14,559 nt of DNA, taken from the IMG/VR virus record IMGVR_UViG_2627854143_000002. One strand, written 5' to 3'. Below the pieces are notes generated by a model, which was given only the letters and a program-made list of their open reading frames with translations, was not told where the DNA came from and ran no database searches. How positions within the stretch are numbered: position 1 is the stretch's first letter; every line of letters begins with the position of its first letter. This DNA is from a virus. Its lineage: Duplodnaviria > Heunggongvirae > Uroviricota > Caudoviricetes. Positions 1 through 7,811 of this stretch are shown here, piece after piece. A program made the translations under genes and the position numbers.

Positions 1-1254
1 ATGGCAGGTTCCCGGCAGCTTCATCGACTCACGGCACTGCGCGTCAGCAAGGCGTTGGAGCCAGGCTATTACAGTGACGGTGGCGGGCTGCAGCTGCAGA
101 TCACGACGAGCGGGTCGCGTTCTTGGATTTTCAGATATACGTTGCGCGGTCGTTCCCGTGAAATGGGGCTTGGCGCGCTATCGTCCGTTTCTCTCGCGGC
201 TGCGCGCGCCAAAGCCGCACGCTGTCGCGAGCTCTTGAAAGATAAGATCGACCCGATCGAAGCTCGGGACGCAGAGCAGCGCGAGTTGGCCGAGCGCCTG
301 AAGCAGGAGCGGCAGAATGCTCGCGTCTTCAGCGACGCCGCAGTTGACTATATCGAGCGGCAGAAGCCGAACTGGAAGAATGCGAAGCACGCGCAGCAAT
401 GGCTCAACACTCTGACAACGTATGTTTTTCCGACTATCGGCGACGTCCATGTGCGCGATATCGATACCCCGATGATGGTCAAGATCTTGCAGCCGATCTG
501 GTCGACAAAGCGCGAAACGGCGGCGCGTGTTCGCGGGCGCGTTGAATCGATACTCGATTCGGAGAAGGCGCTCGGCTATCGCGAGGGAGAAAACCCGGCT
601 CGCTGGCGCGGACACCTTGATCAGATCCTGCCGAAGGGAAATCGGCGCAAGGTTAAGCACCATGCGGCGCTCGCCTGGACCGACATTCCCGAATTCATGC
701 GCGACCTGCGCGCGAGCAACGCACGTTCGGCGCGGATGCTCGAGTTACTGATCCTCACAATTGTCCGTACGAACGAGGTTCAGTTTGCGGTGCCCAGTGA
801 ATTTGATCTGCAGCGCAAAATCTGGACGATTCCGGGTGAGCGGATGAAGATGAGCGAGCCACAGCGAATCCCGCTATGTGAGCGGGCCTGCGAACTCGCG
901 CGTGAAGCCTTGGCAACTGCGAGATACGGCTACTTGTTCCCCGGTGAACGGAAAGGGAGGCCGTTCTCGAACATGGCGATGCTCAACCTGCTCAAAGACC
1001 TGGGCTACCATGACATTACGGTGCATGGATTCCGGTCGACATTCCAGGACTGGGCCGAGGAATCAGCGGAATATCCGGACGTGCTCGTAGAGAAGGCGCT
1101 AGCCCATGCCACGAAAAACAAAACGCGTGGCGCCTATCAACGCGGCGATATGCTTGAGCGTCGCCGAAAGATGATGGACCATTGGGCCAGATATTGTGCG
1201 GGTGAAACCGCCACGGTGGTTCCTATTACGCAGGCAGTGATTCGAGCAGCGTAG
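1..1254 (+). CDS. int: Tyrosine recombinase/integrase, P4-like with N-terminal arm-binding (DUF4102-type) domain
   Basis: 417 aa. N-terminal 'YSDGGGLQLQITTSGSRSWIFRY' arm domain; catalytic motifs 'VRTNEV' (R), 'HGFRSTF' (HxxR), 'LAH', 'AYQR' (Y). Confidence 0.97.
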   Translation: MAGSRQLHRLTALRVSKALEPGYYSDGGGLQLQITTSGSRSWIFRYTLRGRSREMGLGALSSVSLAAARAKAARCRELLKDKIDPIEARDAEQRELAERLKQERQNARVFSDAAVDYIERQKPNWKNAKHAQQWLNTLTTYVFPTIGDVHVRDIDTPMMVKILQPIWSTKRETAARVRGRVESILDSEKALGYREGENPARWRGHLDQILPKGNRRKVKHHAALAWTDIPEFMRDLRASNARSARMLELLILTIVRTNEVQFAVPSEFDLQRKIWTIPGERMKMSEPQRIPLCERACELAREALATARYGYLFPGERKGRPFSNMAMLNLLKDLGYHDITVHGFRSTFQDWAEESAEYPDVLVEKALAHATKNKTRGAYQRGDMLERRRKMMDHWARYCAGETATVVPITQAVIRAA

Positions 1255-1441
1255 ATTCGGAGGCCGGCTCTTTGCCGGCCTTTTTTGCGAGCCACGCATC
1301 GATGTCCTCCTCAATCCATGCGACTCGATTTGGTGCGAGTTGGAAAGGCTTAGGAAAGCCTCCCTCGGTCATCATTTTGTAGATCGTCGACTGGCTAAGG
1401 CTGACTTTCTCGATTACCTGTTTGATTCTGATTGCTCTCAT
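1226..1441 (-). CDS. alpA: AlpA-family DNA-binding protein, probable excisionase/recombination directionality factor
   Basis: 'IRIKQVIEKVSLSQSTIYKMMTEGGFPKPFQLAPNRVAWIEEDIDAW' is the AlpA winged-helix signature. GAGGA RBS lies 6 nt upstream; overlaps the int 3' end by 29 nt. Confidence 0.93.
   Translation of the reverse strand: MRAIRIKQVIEKVSLSQSTIYKMMTEGGFPKPFQLAPNRVAWIEEDIDAWLAKKAGKEPASESTLLESLPA
1261..1286 (+). terminator. Intrinsic terminator for int, embedded in the alpA coding sequence
   Basis: AGGCCGGC(1261-1268)-TCTTT-GCCGGCCT(1274-1281) followed by a T run to 1286, a few nt after the int stop. Confidence 0.85.
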
Positions 1442-1562
1442 TGCACATCCTCACGAAGGTTGTTGAAGAACAGAATGGAATACGACGCAGTTTGTGTTGG
1501 CCAATGATTGTTCCGTCGAGCCGGCAGTGATCGTCTGGCGGCGGGAATGCGGTATTAGGTCA

Positions 1563-1572
1563 TGCTACGATT
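1563..1572 (+). promoter_or_regulatory. Extended -10 promoter element TGCTACGATT
   Basis: TGn-TACGAT, 36 nt before ATG 1609. Identical 10-mers at 1876 and 8983. Confidence 0.6.
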
Positions 1573-1608
1573 CCTTGCAATTTAATTTCAAAGAATGTTG
1601 AGGTGGCC

Positions 1609-1833
1609 ATGGAACTTGAGACGATCAAGCCGTGCGAGGAATGCATCGATCTGCACGGGCAGCCGTCGACCGTAAAGCCGAGGCATCTCGTGATGGTCGG
1701 CGCAGGTGTGTTCCAAGGCGAATGTCGAGAAGAGCACTACGAGTGCTCGACGTGCGGTGCTGCGTTTGCCCGTGTCTTGACGGGCGAGACAGCGTCCCGC
1801 GTATGGCTTGCGGTGAATTCAATCCAGCACTGA
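1609..1833 (+). CDS. Small Cys-rich, zinc-ribbon-like hypothetical protein (moron), 74 aa
   Basis: CEEC and CSTC pairs. GAGG RBS at 1600-1603 favours ATG 1609 over GTG 1603. Confidence 0.75.
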   Translation: MELETIKPCEECIDLHGQPSTVKPRHLVMVGAGVFQGECREEHYECSTCGAAFARVLTGETASRVWLAVNSIQH

Positions 1834-1853
1834 CGCCCGCGCGCGTCGCGCCG

Positions 1854-1908
1854 TCAGACTCATGAAACCCGGGAGTGCTACGATTGCCCGGTTGGTTTCA
1901 TGATCTGA
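1854..1908. repeat. Long imperfect inverted repeat enclosing a promoter element
   Basis: TCAGA/TCTGA (1854-58/1904-08), TCATGAAACC/GGTTTCATGA (1860-69/1894-1903) and CGGG/CCCG (1870-73/1887-90) flank TGCTACGATT (1876-1885). Confidence 0.8.
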
Positions 1909-1913
1909 TTCAA

Positions 1914-2123
1914 ATGAGGCATTTGTTTACGATGCGGGGCTACCACGTCGACTGCACGCCGCGCGCGACTGAAGACGGCCAGTTCGCCGCACAGGTGACG
2001 TTCGCTTACATTGGCTACAACCCGGAAGCGTCGTTCAAGAATCTCGGGGCTTACGAAACCGAAGAGGCGGCCGTCGAGCGGGCGCGGTTGTTCGCGGTTG
2101 AGTGGCTCGCGAGATACGGTTGA
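1914..2123 (+). CDS. Small hypothetical protein (moron), 69 aa
   Basis: MRHLFTMRGYHVDCTPRATEDGQFAAQVTF...AVERARLFAVEWLARYG has a compact beta/alpha pattern. The track start GTG 1875 lies inside the promoter motif, so ATG 1914 is preferred. Confidence 0.7.
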   Translation: MRHLFTMRGYHVDCTPRATEDGQFAAQVTFAYIGYNPEASFKNLGAYETEEAAVERARLFAVEWLARYG

Positions 2124-2318
2124 CCGGTGGTAAATTGCGAGTGATTGCGATATCGCGGGCGTGATGACTGGGCAGAAAGTCGATCGCGATGCTACGGTTT
2201 CTTGAAGGCGTGAGCCGGCTCGAAACCGCGCGCTGCGGTGCCGCGGCTGAAAATGAACGATCCGTACTGCCGTGCCGATCTTTGGTTCGCAGCGCAGAGC
2301 AAAATGAGGATCTCAGGC

Positions 2319-2867
2319 ATGGACGCTTCAGGGGCAGCCGTTCAGCAAGCCTACGCGGCATGGGTTCAGGCTATCGGTTCGATCATCGGTCTTGCCATTG
2401 CCATCTACGTTCCGTTTCAACAGCGCCGCCATGAAATGCGGCAGCGGGAATTTCGCTATTGGACTGAGCGAGCAGATGTAGAGCACCGTATGCTTATTGT
2501 CGCTGAGGATCTCGGGCGATACGTTCGCCAACTGATCGAAGACAGTAATCCGGCCAAAGGTGCAACACGAATTGCATTCTATGATCAAGCAATACATGAC
2601 GAGCTCTTTCGTAGAATTGCGGCGCTCGAAGCCCGAGACATTGGCGATAGTGGTCATGAACGGGTCGCGATCATGCGTTCCGCTCTCGTTTCCTTATCCG
2701 CGAGATTTGGCCCCACAGGCTACGTTACCATCGAACCCGAATCAAATTTCGGTAGAGAACTTGCAGACGGGATTGCGGCTAGCGATGTCAAAAGCTGCAT
2801 AGATGAGACAAAACAGCGACTCGATAATGCTCGAACGTATGTTCGAAAGTTCAATCACTCAAATTGA
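2319..2867 (+). CDS. N-terminally membrane-anchored hypothetical protein (moron), 182 aa
   Basis: TM segment 'AWVQAIGSIIGLAIAIYVPF' followed by a charged helical domain. GAGGA (2306-2310) lies 8 nt before ATG 2319; ATG 2253 or 2304 are also possible. Confidence 0.75.
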   Translation: MDASGAAVQQAYAAWVQAIGSIIGLAIAIYVPFQQRRHEMRQREFRYWTERADVEHRMLIVAEDLGRYVRQLIEDSNPAKGATRIAFYDQAIHDELFRRIAALEARDIGDSGHERVAIMRSALVSLSARFGPTGYVTIEPESNFGRELADGIAASDVKSCIDETKQRLDNARTYVRKFNHSN

Positions 2868-2911
2868 CGAAGATGCCTTTCTCGGTTGTTTTTATTTGAT
2901 TTGCCCAGTGT

Positions 2912-2957
2912 CACGGACGTGAACTGTAGAAGTGTGGCCCCTCAGTTCACGGCCGTG
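2912..2957. repeat. 14/15-bp inverted repeat at the pseudogene/moron junction
   Basis: CACGG-A-CGTGAACTG (2912-2926) pairs with CAGTTCACG-G-CCGTG (2943-2957) around a 16-nt loop. Confidence 0.85.
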
Positions 2958-3082
2958 CTGCCGCCGAAGCGCGCGTTGCACGCCTCTGCGTAACAGTGGT
3001 CGCATCCCGAGCCGACCTTCCGGCAACCGTCCCACAGGTTGAGCGTGTGGTCGCACCATTCGATTTTGCTGTTCTCGCTCAC
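2942..3082 (-). pseudogene. Truncated phage Gp37/Gp68 (DUF5131) family gene, 46 codons
   Basis: Manual translation gives MSENSKIEWCDHTLNLWDGCRKVGSGCDHCYAEACNARFGGSTAVN*, matching the family N-terminus (KIEWxDHTxNxWxGCxKVxxGCxHCYAE). The GTG start overlaps the upstream stop (GTGA). Family members are several times longer. Not in the ORF track. Confidence 0.85.
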
Positions 3083-3417
3083 GATTTGCTCTCTTGGGTG
3101 CGGGCGGCGTCGAGGGCGCATTCCACCTCGTCTACATCTGGCGGCGGCTCATTGCCGCTGCGCCAGCGCTCACGTAGTTCAAGCGCGTACGTAGCCGCAT
3201 CGACATACCATGCTCGCTCCCGCAGCCAGCGATAGCGCTCTGCGCAGAGCTTGTCGTCATCCGTCACCTCGGAGCGCGGCTCCGGCTGGCTCGGATGGGG
3301 GGCGAGAATTGCTTCCAGTTCTTCCGCAAGCTTGTACTGGCAGGAATGTCGGGCCTCGTCTGCTGCGCGGCTGATCACCTGACATTCGCCGACCGTCAGC
3401 GCGTCGTTATTCGGCAT
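3079..3417 (-). CDS. Phage hypothetical protein with an AERYRWLR motif
   Basis: 112 aa. The 'AERYRWLR' motif recurs in early-region proteins of proteobacterial phages; overlaps both neighbours as in a coupled operon. Confidence 0.8.
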   Translation of the reverse strand: MPNNDALTVGECQVISRAADEARHSCQYKLAEELEAILAPHPSQPEPRSEVTDDDKLCAERYRWLRERAWYVDAATYALELRERWRSGNEPPPDVDEVECALDAARTQESKS

Positions 3418-3649
3418 GGTCGACTTCCCTCACTTCTTTGATGAAGTCGGCGGCATCCTCAGACGACTCGAAGAAAAATGCCTTATTCGTTCCGCCGTCG
3501 TAGACATGCGCCCATTTCTTCAGACTCGGCTCGTAAGCCTGCACGCTGTACTTCGGCTTGAGCGTGTTCATGTCAAGCCACGGATGAGTGCGCATTCTCC
3601 ATTCCGGGCGCACGCTGCTGCGCGCGATTCCAAGTTGCCTCTTAGCCAT
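3407..3649 (-). CDS. Phage hypothetical protein, 80 aa
   Basis: Tiles the operon with short overlaps on both sides; GAGG/GGAG-like RBS lies within the upstream gene. Confidence 0.7.
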   Translation of the reverse strand: MAKRQLGIARSSVRPEWRMRTHPWLDMNTLKPKYSVQAYEPSLKKWAHVYDGGTNKAFFFESSEDAADFIKEVREVDHAE

Positions 3650-3899
3650 GGCTGGCTCCCTCGGCAGTTGACTTGCCGCAAAACGGGCAGTAGCTGGAAA
3701 TGACCGGAATCAGCTTTCCGCGCGTGAATCCTTTCGCCTGCGCGACGATCTTGAACTCGGTCTTGTGGATCACGCGTATCGAATTGCCAGACATGGAGAA
3801 TCCGGCCGATTGGCAGTCGGCCGAAGCGTCCACGCCGAGTTCTTCGCTGTAGCGTTTGGCCAGTTTGATCTCGATCTCGCTAATGCAGATGCAGTTCAT
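3642..3899 (-). CDS. Small phage protein with CxC and YCPFCG motifs (probable zinc binding)
   Basis: 85 aa, 'MNCIC' and 'YCPFCGK'. ATGA overlap with the upstream gene. Confidence 0.8.
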   Translation of the reverse strand: MNCICISEIEIKLAKRYSEELGVDASADCQSAGFSMSGNSIRVIHKTEFKIVAQAKGFTRGKLIPVISSYCPFCGKSTAEGASHG

Positions 3900-5455
3900 G
3901 ATTGGTCGGCTCCATTGAGAAGCTCATTCGCGAAGCAAAAGAGCTTTGCAGCCATTGAGATTCGTTGGTCGGGTGACAAAGTCGTCGTCAAGTACGCTGC
4001 CCTAGTGGTGGGCGGGGCGAGATAGAGAAGGTATTCGCCTGGCTTCAGATCAAGCGCAGCCGCTTCCGGCGCAATGTCGATTGCGTGGCTCGTTGATCCG
4101 GCATCCGTGCTTCTAACGCGCATGTGCGCCACCGCCTCTCCCGCATCGGCGGGGGCGCTGACATCCTGAAGCGTTCCTGCCTTCAGCGCGCGGATGTTCT
4201 TCGCGATCCGAACAGCCTCGTCATTGCCGCCCTCGTCCGCGCCGACGAAATCGTGGAAGAAATCAGCGCACTCGTCGATCACCTGACACATGGCATCGAC
4301 GTGCTCCTGTACCGAGTAGCCGTCCTTCGTGCCGATTCGCTCGGCGATCCAGTGATAGCAGTCCGCCGCGATGCTCTGTTCAGTCTCGATCGGCTCGCGC
4401 GCCTCTGCCACCGCACCGCCGAACGCATCCCGGAACGCTTTCACCGAAATCGACACATGGCCGCCCTCGACCGACGTGGCCGCTGCGATCGCGTTGAATG
4501 TCTTCTGGTACGGGAACGCCTCTGCCGGTGCGTCGGCCTGCGCCCTTCGTGCGCCAAAGGTCGGCATACCTTCCTGCGCATCCCGCTGGCAGGCACACGG
4601 ACTCGTTCCGCTGTCGCCCTCGATCACCCCTTCGCCGTCGCAATGCGGGCATTCCGCCGCATGGGCCGGTGCGTCGGCCCGCGCGGGTTGCGGGGCGGCG
4701 TCGGTTACGGCAAGGAGCACAAAATCTCGCCATAGGGAAAGTTCCGGCGATGCAGGCTTGGGCTCGACTCGCAGGTACTTTTTTGCGAGACCGATCATCG
4801 CTTCGTCGTTCGCCCAACCGTCGCCTAGAGTATGGACATCGGCTGACAACGCTTGGAGGGCGGCGGTCACTCGCTCCGCAGCGGGCGATGCTGCCGCGCG
4901 GGCTTCTTGCCATGCATCCCGCAACCGCTCAACTGCACTGATTTCCGGAAAGCGATCACACCACGCCTCGAACGACGCTGTCCGCTCGTCGGCCGGCGCT
5001 GCCGACGGCTCGCCATCACCCGATTCGAGATAGAAGCACCCAGCGTCGTTGCACGCCTGCGCGGTAGTCGATCCGCAGCGCTTACACGCGCCGTCGGCCG
5101 GCGCTGCTGCGGGCAGCTCGACACGGAAGCCGCCAAACAGGTGCGCGACGAACTCGGTCAGGATGAATCGATCTTCGGCGTTCGGTTCGCGCGAATCGTT
5201 GTTGTCGCCGACGATTTCGAATGTCTCGATTGCAGCGAGGGCGTCCTGTGCCGTCAGCAGTGCGGGCTGCTCGACAGGAGATGCGGCGAGAAAATACATA
5301 CGCTTTCGCAGTTCGTATGCCTGGTCAGTGATTCTCGTTGCCAGCTTCTTATCGGTACGGCCGTGCGACAGCAGGCCAGCAGCCGTTACAACATCCATCA
5401 GAAACTGATTGATTCCCGTCAGCGCATCAGCGCGGCTCTGTTGTTGGTCGTTCAT
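3896..5455 (-). CDS. Modular, Ala/Pro-rich phage early protein, 519 aa
   Basis: Start MNDQQQSRADALT at 5455 with GAGG RBS; the track start at 5500 overlaps the upstream gene. Short modules (CKRC..C...C; CPHC...CAC) are separated by APAD-type linkers. Confidence 0.8.
   Translation of the reverse strand: MNDQQQSRADALTGINQFLMDVVTAAGLLSHGRTDKKLATRITDQAYELRKRMYFLAASPVEQPALLTAQDALAAIETFEIVGDNNDSREPNAEDRFILTEFVAHLFGGFRVELPAAAPADGACKRCGSTTAQACNDAGCFYLESGDGEPSAAPADERTASFEAWCDRFPEISAVERLRDAWQEARAAASPAAERVTAALQALSADVHTLGDGWANDEAMIGLAKKYLRVEPKPASPELSLWRDFVLLAVTDAAPQPARADAPAHAAECPHCDGEGVIEGDSGTSPCACQRDAQEGMPTFGARRAQADAPAEAFPYQKTFNAIAAATSVEGGHVSISVKAFRDAFGGAVAEAREPIETEQSIAADCYHWIAERIGTKDGYSVQEHVDAMCQVIDECADFFHDFVGADEGGNDEAVRIAKNIRALKAGTLQDVSAPADAGEAVAHMRVRSTDAGSTSHAIDIAPEAAALDLKPGEYLLYLAPPTTRAAYLTTTLSPDQRISMAAKLFCFANELLNGADQS
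4524..4684. repeat. Direct repeat pair (20 nt, 19/20 identical) encoding A(Q/R)ADAPA linkers
   Basis: GCCGGTGCGTCGGCCTGCGC at 4524-4543 and GCCGGTGCGTCGGCCCGCGC at 4665-4684. Confidence 0.85.
4987..5107. repeat. Perfect 16-nt direct repeat pair encoding AAPAD linkers
   Basis: CGTCGGCCGGCGCTGC at 4987-5002 and 5092-5107. Confidence 0.85.
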
Positions 5456-5469
5456 GGTCGAACCTCGAT

Positions 5470-5748
5470 TCAAGACGGTTTGCGGATCTCGACCGCACAC
5501 GGCGTGGTCATCACTTCGTGCAAAGCCGCTTCAAGCCATCCCATGACCCACTCATCGCCCACGACGCTTCGAAGCAGTTGGTAAGCGGAGAGCAGCGACG
5601 CGGACAAGTAGGAGACCTTCTCTGATTCAGTCATCGTGGCGATGCCGTTGCGGGTGTAGTCGTCCAACACGAGCTTTATCATCCGCATGTCTTCGGCTTT
5701 CTCGGCGTCGCTGTATGGCGAATCAGCGTGGATGTTCGCGGTGGTCAT
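5470..5748 (-). CDS. Phage hypothetical protein, 92 aa
   Basis: TAATG coupling to the upstream gene, GGAGG RBS, helical composition. Confidence 0.75.
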   Translation of the reverse strand: MTTANIHADSPYSDAEKAEDMRMIKLVLDDYTRNGIATMTESEKVSYLSASLLSAYQLLRSVVGDEWVMGWLEAALHEVMTTPCAVEIRKPS

Positions 5749-6149
5749 TATTCGCGGCCCTCCACGTCTGCCGCAGTGATGACGTACTCACTCACGTTGA
5801 CGACGCTGTAGAACGTCGGTTTTGCATGCTTCTCGATCCAGCCCGAGAGAAGCGTTTCGAGTTCGGCCTTTGCTTCCGGCGCGATGTCCGGATATCCATC
5901 AGCAGCTTCGCCGACCTCGTCATAGGCGCGGTCGCTGATCATATCGATCACGTCGTTGGCGTCGCACAGGCGCACGATTGGGATCGGCTCGACATCGCCG
6001 TAGAACACAACATCGCCGACAGCGAGCTCGTCGTGCATATCGAGTAGTTCGTCGAGCGCATCGCACGAGAAGAACTCGTTGTCTTTGCTCCAGACCGTGC
6101 GTCTCACATCGGTGGTAGCGCTGCTTCCCGTTTCGTTTGTCACGTTCAA
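5748..6149 (-). CDS. Acidic phage hypothetical protein, ~133 aa
   Basis: TTG start overlaps the upstream stop (TTGA) after GGAGG; GTG 6143 is an alternative start. Confidence 0.75.
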   Translation of the reverse strand: MNVTNETGSSATTDVRRTVWSKDNEFFSCDALDELLDMHDELAVGDVVFYGDVEPIPIVRLCDANDVIDMISDRAYDEVGEAADGYPDIAPEAKAELETLLSGWIEKHAKPTFYSVVNVSEYVITAADVEGRE

Positions 6150-6817
6150 AGATCCTCCAATAGCTTGTCGATCGGCTTGCGCGATTGCAGGACGACGAGA
6201 GCCATTTGTCTCTTACCTTCGTCGAACCCCGCCCGATAGGCGGCTTGTTCTGCGGATGTGCGCCCGGTCGGCTCCGTTGTATGCCGTGTGCGATCGCGGC
6301 GCACCTTGGGGGGAATTGCACGTGCAAACAGCGCGTGCGGGCCGTCTTCGGTGTCGTAGATCTCGAGCAGCACCCAACCTTCGCCATCGGGTGGCGTCGG
6401 CGTCCATGCGCTGCAGTCGGCGTCGGCGCGCTCGTGGTACTGCTCGTAGCTTTCGGCATCGACGTCGGATTCCATGCCGATGAATGCCGATTCGATGCCG
6501 AACGCTTCAAGGAACCTGTCGACGCGCACATCCTCGTCGCAGAGGGGAAGCTCGGGATGCGTCAGCCAGCCTTGTTCATCGCGCTGGATCTCGCGCGGTG
6601 CGAGCAGCTTTGCTCGCAGCCCTTCGAGCGAAACGAAGCCGTCGAAGAGCGATTCCCGTGTCGCGGTCGCGAGGTCGAGCCGAAGAGCCTTTGCTTGCTT
6701 CAGTGCCTCGTCGCGCTGCGGAGACTCAGGCAGCCTGCCGACAGCACCGACAAGCTCGAATGCGTACTGCGTCAGGTTCACGATGCCGTTCGCGCGCGGT
6801 TTCGTCTCATTCGTCAT
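6146..6817 (-). CDS. Phage early-region hypothetical protein, 223 aa
   Basis: 'RDEQGWLTHP...CSAWTPTPPDGEGWVLLEIYDTEDGP' resembles a domain recurrent in lambdoid early-left genes (recognition from memory). GGAGG RBS present. Confidence 0.8.
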   Translation of the reverse strand: MTNETKPRANGIVNLTQYAFELVGAVGRLPESPQRDEALKQAKALRLDLATATRESLFDGFVSLEGLRAKLLAPREIQRDEQGWLTHPELPLCDEDVRVDRFLEAFGIESAFIGMESDVDAESYEQYHERADADCSAWTPTPPDGEGWVLLEIYDTEDGPHALFARAIPPKVRRDRTRHTTEPTGRTSAEQAAYRAGFDEGKRQMALVVLQSRKPIDKLLEDL

Positions 6818-6830
6818 GTCGTGCCTCCGT

Positions 6831-7538
6831 TCAATAGTCGCGGCCGGGGTAGTAGGTATTGATGCTGTTCTCGTCGCCGTCGATGATCAGCTTCGTGCCG
6901 GCGGCGTAGAGCTGAAACAGGCGGCGCTTGAAGCCGTGCATGGGGCCGACAAACAGCGTCTTGCTCGGATCCTTTCGATCGATCTGCACGCTGTACACGC
7001 GGCCGTCGTGGACGTCGATCTGATACGGGCAGTCGTGGGACTTGGTGCCGTATTCGCTGTCCAAGTAAATGTGGTGGAACTTCGAGATGAAGCCGCTCTC
7101 CGCGCTAACAATCAGCGTGATCCGGTCCGACTCATCGCACGAGCACGAGCGGTATTGGCGATCGGCGTGCTCGTCCTTGATGAATTCCTCGACGAGTTGC
7201 GAAAGCTTGATCTCTGCCGGTGCGGGTGCGAGCAGTTCCTTCATCTGCTGCTCGATCTGCGTTTCGATTGTCGCGTTCAACTGCGCGTCGACCTGCTGTC
7301 GGATGATCTTGAGAATGAGGTCGTTGTATCCGGGCAGACCAAGGTTATGAAAGTCGACTTGCAGCGCGGCTTTGACGCGCTCTTTCAATTGCTCGCCGAA
7401 GGTCGAGTACGTGCGGAGTTCCTCGTCGATGATCGAGGTGATTGTCTTCGTCAACTTTTCTTCGATCGCCTTCTCGATCGTGCCGGCCGCGACGATGTTC
7501 GAGAAGGCAGTGGAGACGGCTTGTTGCAGTTCTTTCAT
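6831..7538 (-). CDS. Phage hypothetical protein with coiled-coil-rich N-terminal half, 235 aa
   Basis: Start MKELQQ at 7538 with GAGGG 8 nt upstream. The track start at 7625 runs through a terminator-like hairpin. Confidence 0.8.
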   Translation of the reverse strand: MKELQQAVSTAFSNIVAAGTIEKAIEEKLTKTITSIIDEELRTYSTFGEQLKERVKAALQVDFHNLGLPGYNDLILKIIRQQVDAQLNATIETQIEQQMKELLAPAPAEIKLSQLVEEFIKDEHADRQYRSCSCDESDRITLIVSAESGFISKFHHIYLDSEYGTKSHDCPYQIDVHDGRVYSVQIDRKDPSKTLFVGPMHGFKRRLFQLYAAGTKLIIDGDENSINTYYPGRDY

Positions 7539-7569
7539 GGCTTGGCCCTCATGCACGTCATTGGAATTC

Positions 7570-7599
7570 GAAAAAGTGCTGGCCCGTACAGGCGCCAGC
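7570..7599 (-). terminator. Terminator-like hairpin
   Basis: Minus strand reads GCTGGC-GCCTGTACGG-GCCAGC-AC-TTTTT. Confidence 0.5.
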
Positions 7600-7732
7600 T
7601 CAAGCGGGGGTTCATGGGCGGACACTCAGCGCTCGCATAAGGCAGCGTTGCATGAGTGCTTGGCATCAATTTGAGGAAGTGGCGGGACCCAACCGCCACC
7701 GCCGAGCGTCCGCTCTTGAATCTCCGCGGGAG

Positions 7733-7760
7733 AAAAAGAGGGTGCCGAACTGGCCACCCT
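7733..7760 (-). terminator. Intrinsic terminator downstream of the SPFH gene
   Basis: Minus strand reads AGGGTG-GCCAGTTCGG-CACCCT-C-TTTTT. Confidence 0.7.
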
Positions 7761-7761
7761 T

Positions 7762-7785
7762 AAAGGCCGCCCATATCCGAGGGGA
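7762..7785 (-). promoter_or_regulatory. Repeated RNA motif, copy 1, 1 nt before the terminator stem
   Basis: Plus strand AAAGGCCGCCCATATCCGAGGGGA is 21/24 identical to 8854-8877. Confidence 0.6.
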
Positions 7786-7811
7786 GAGCCGGGCGCGGGC
7801 TCAGAATTTCG

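Noticed and set aside
178-1314. Short ORFs inside or antisense to int
   Set aside because: Nested in a highly conserved integrase, with no SD or motif support.
1442-1560. Possible 3' remnant of the DUF5131 gene ('RLDGT' in one minus-strand frame)
   Set aside because: Only a few residues resemble the family C-terminus; not distinguishable from chance without an alignment.
4124-7640. Long plus-strand ORFs (4124-4735, 4371-5033, 4853-5584, 6185-6862, 6474-7640)
   Set aside because: Antisense shadows of the coupled minus-strand operon in GC-rich DNA; no RBS support and no recognisable motifs.
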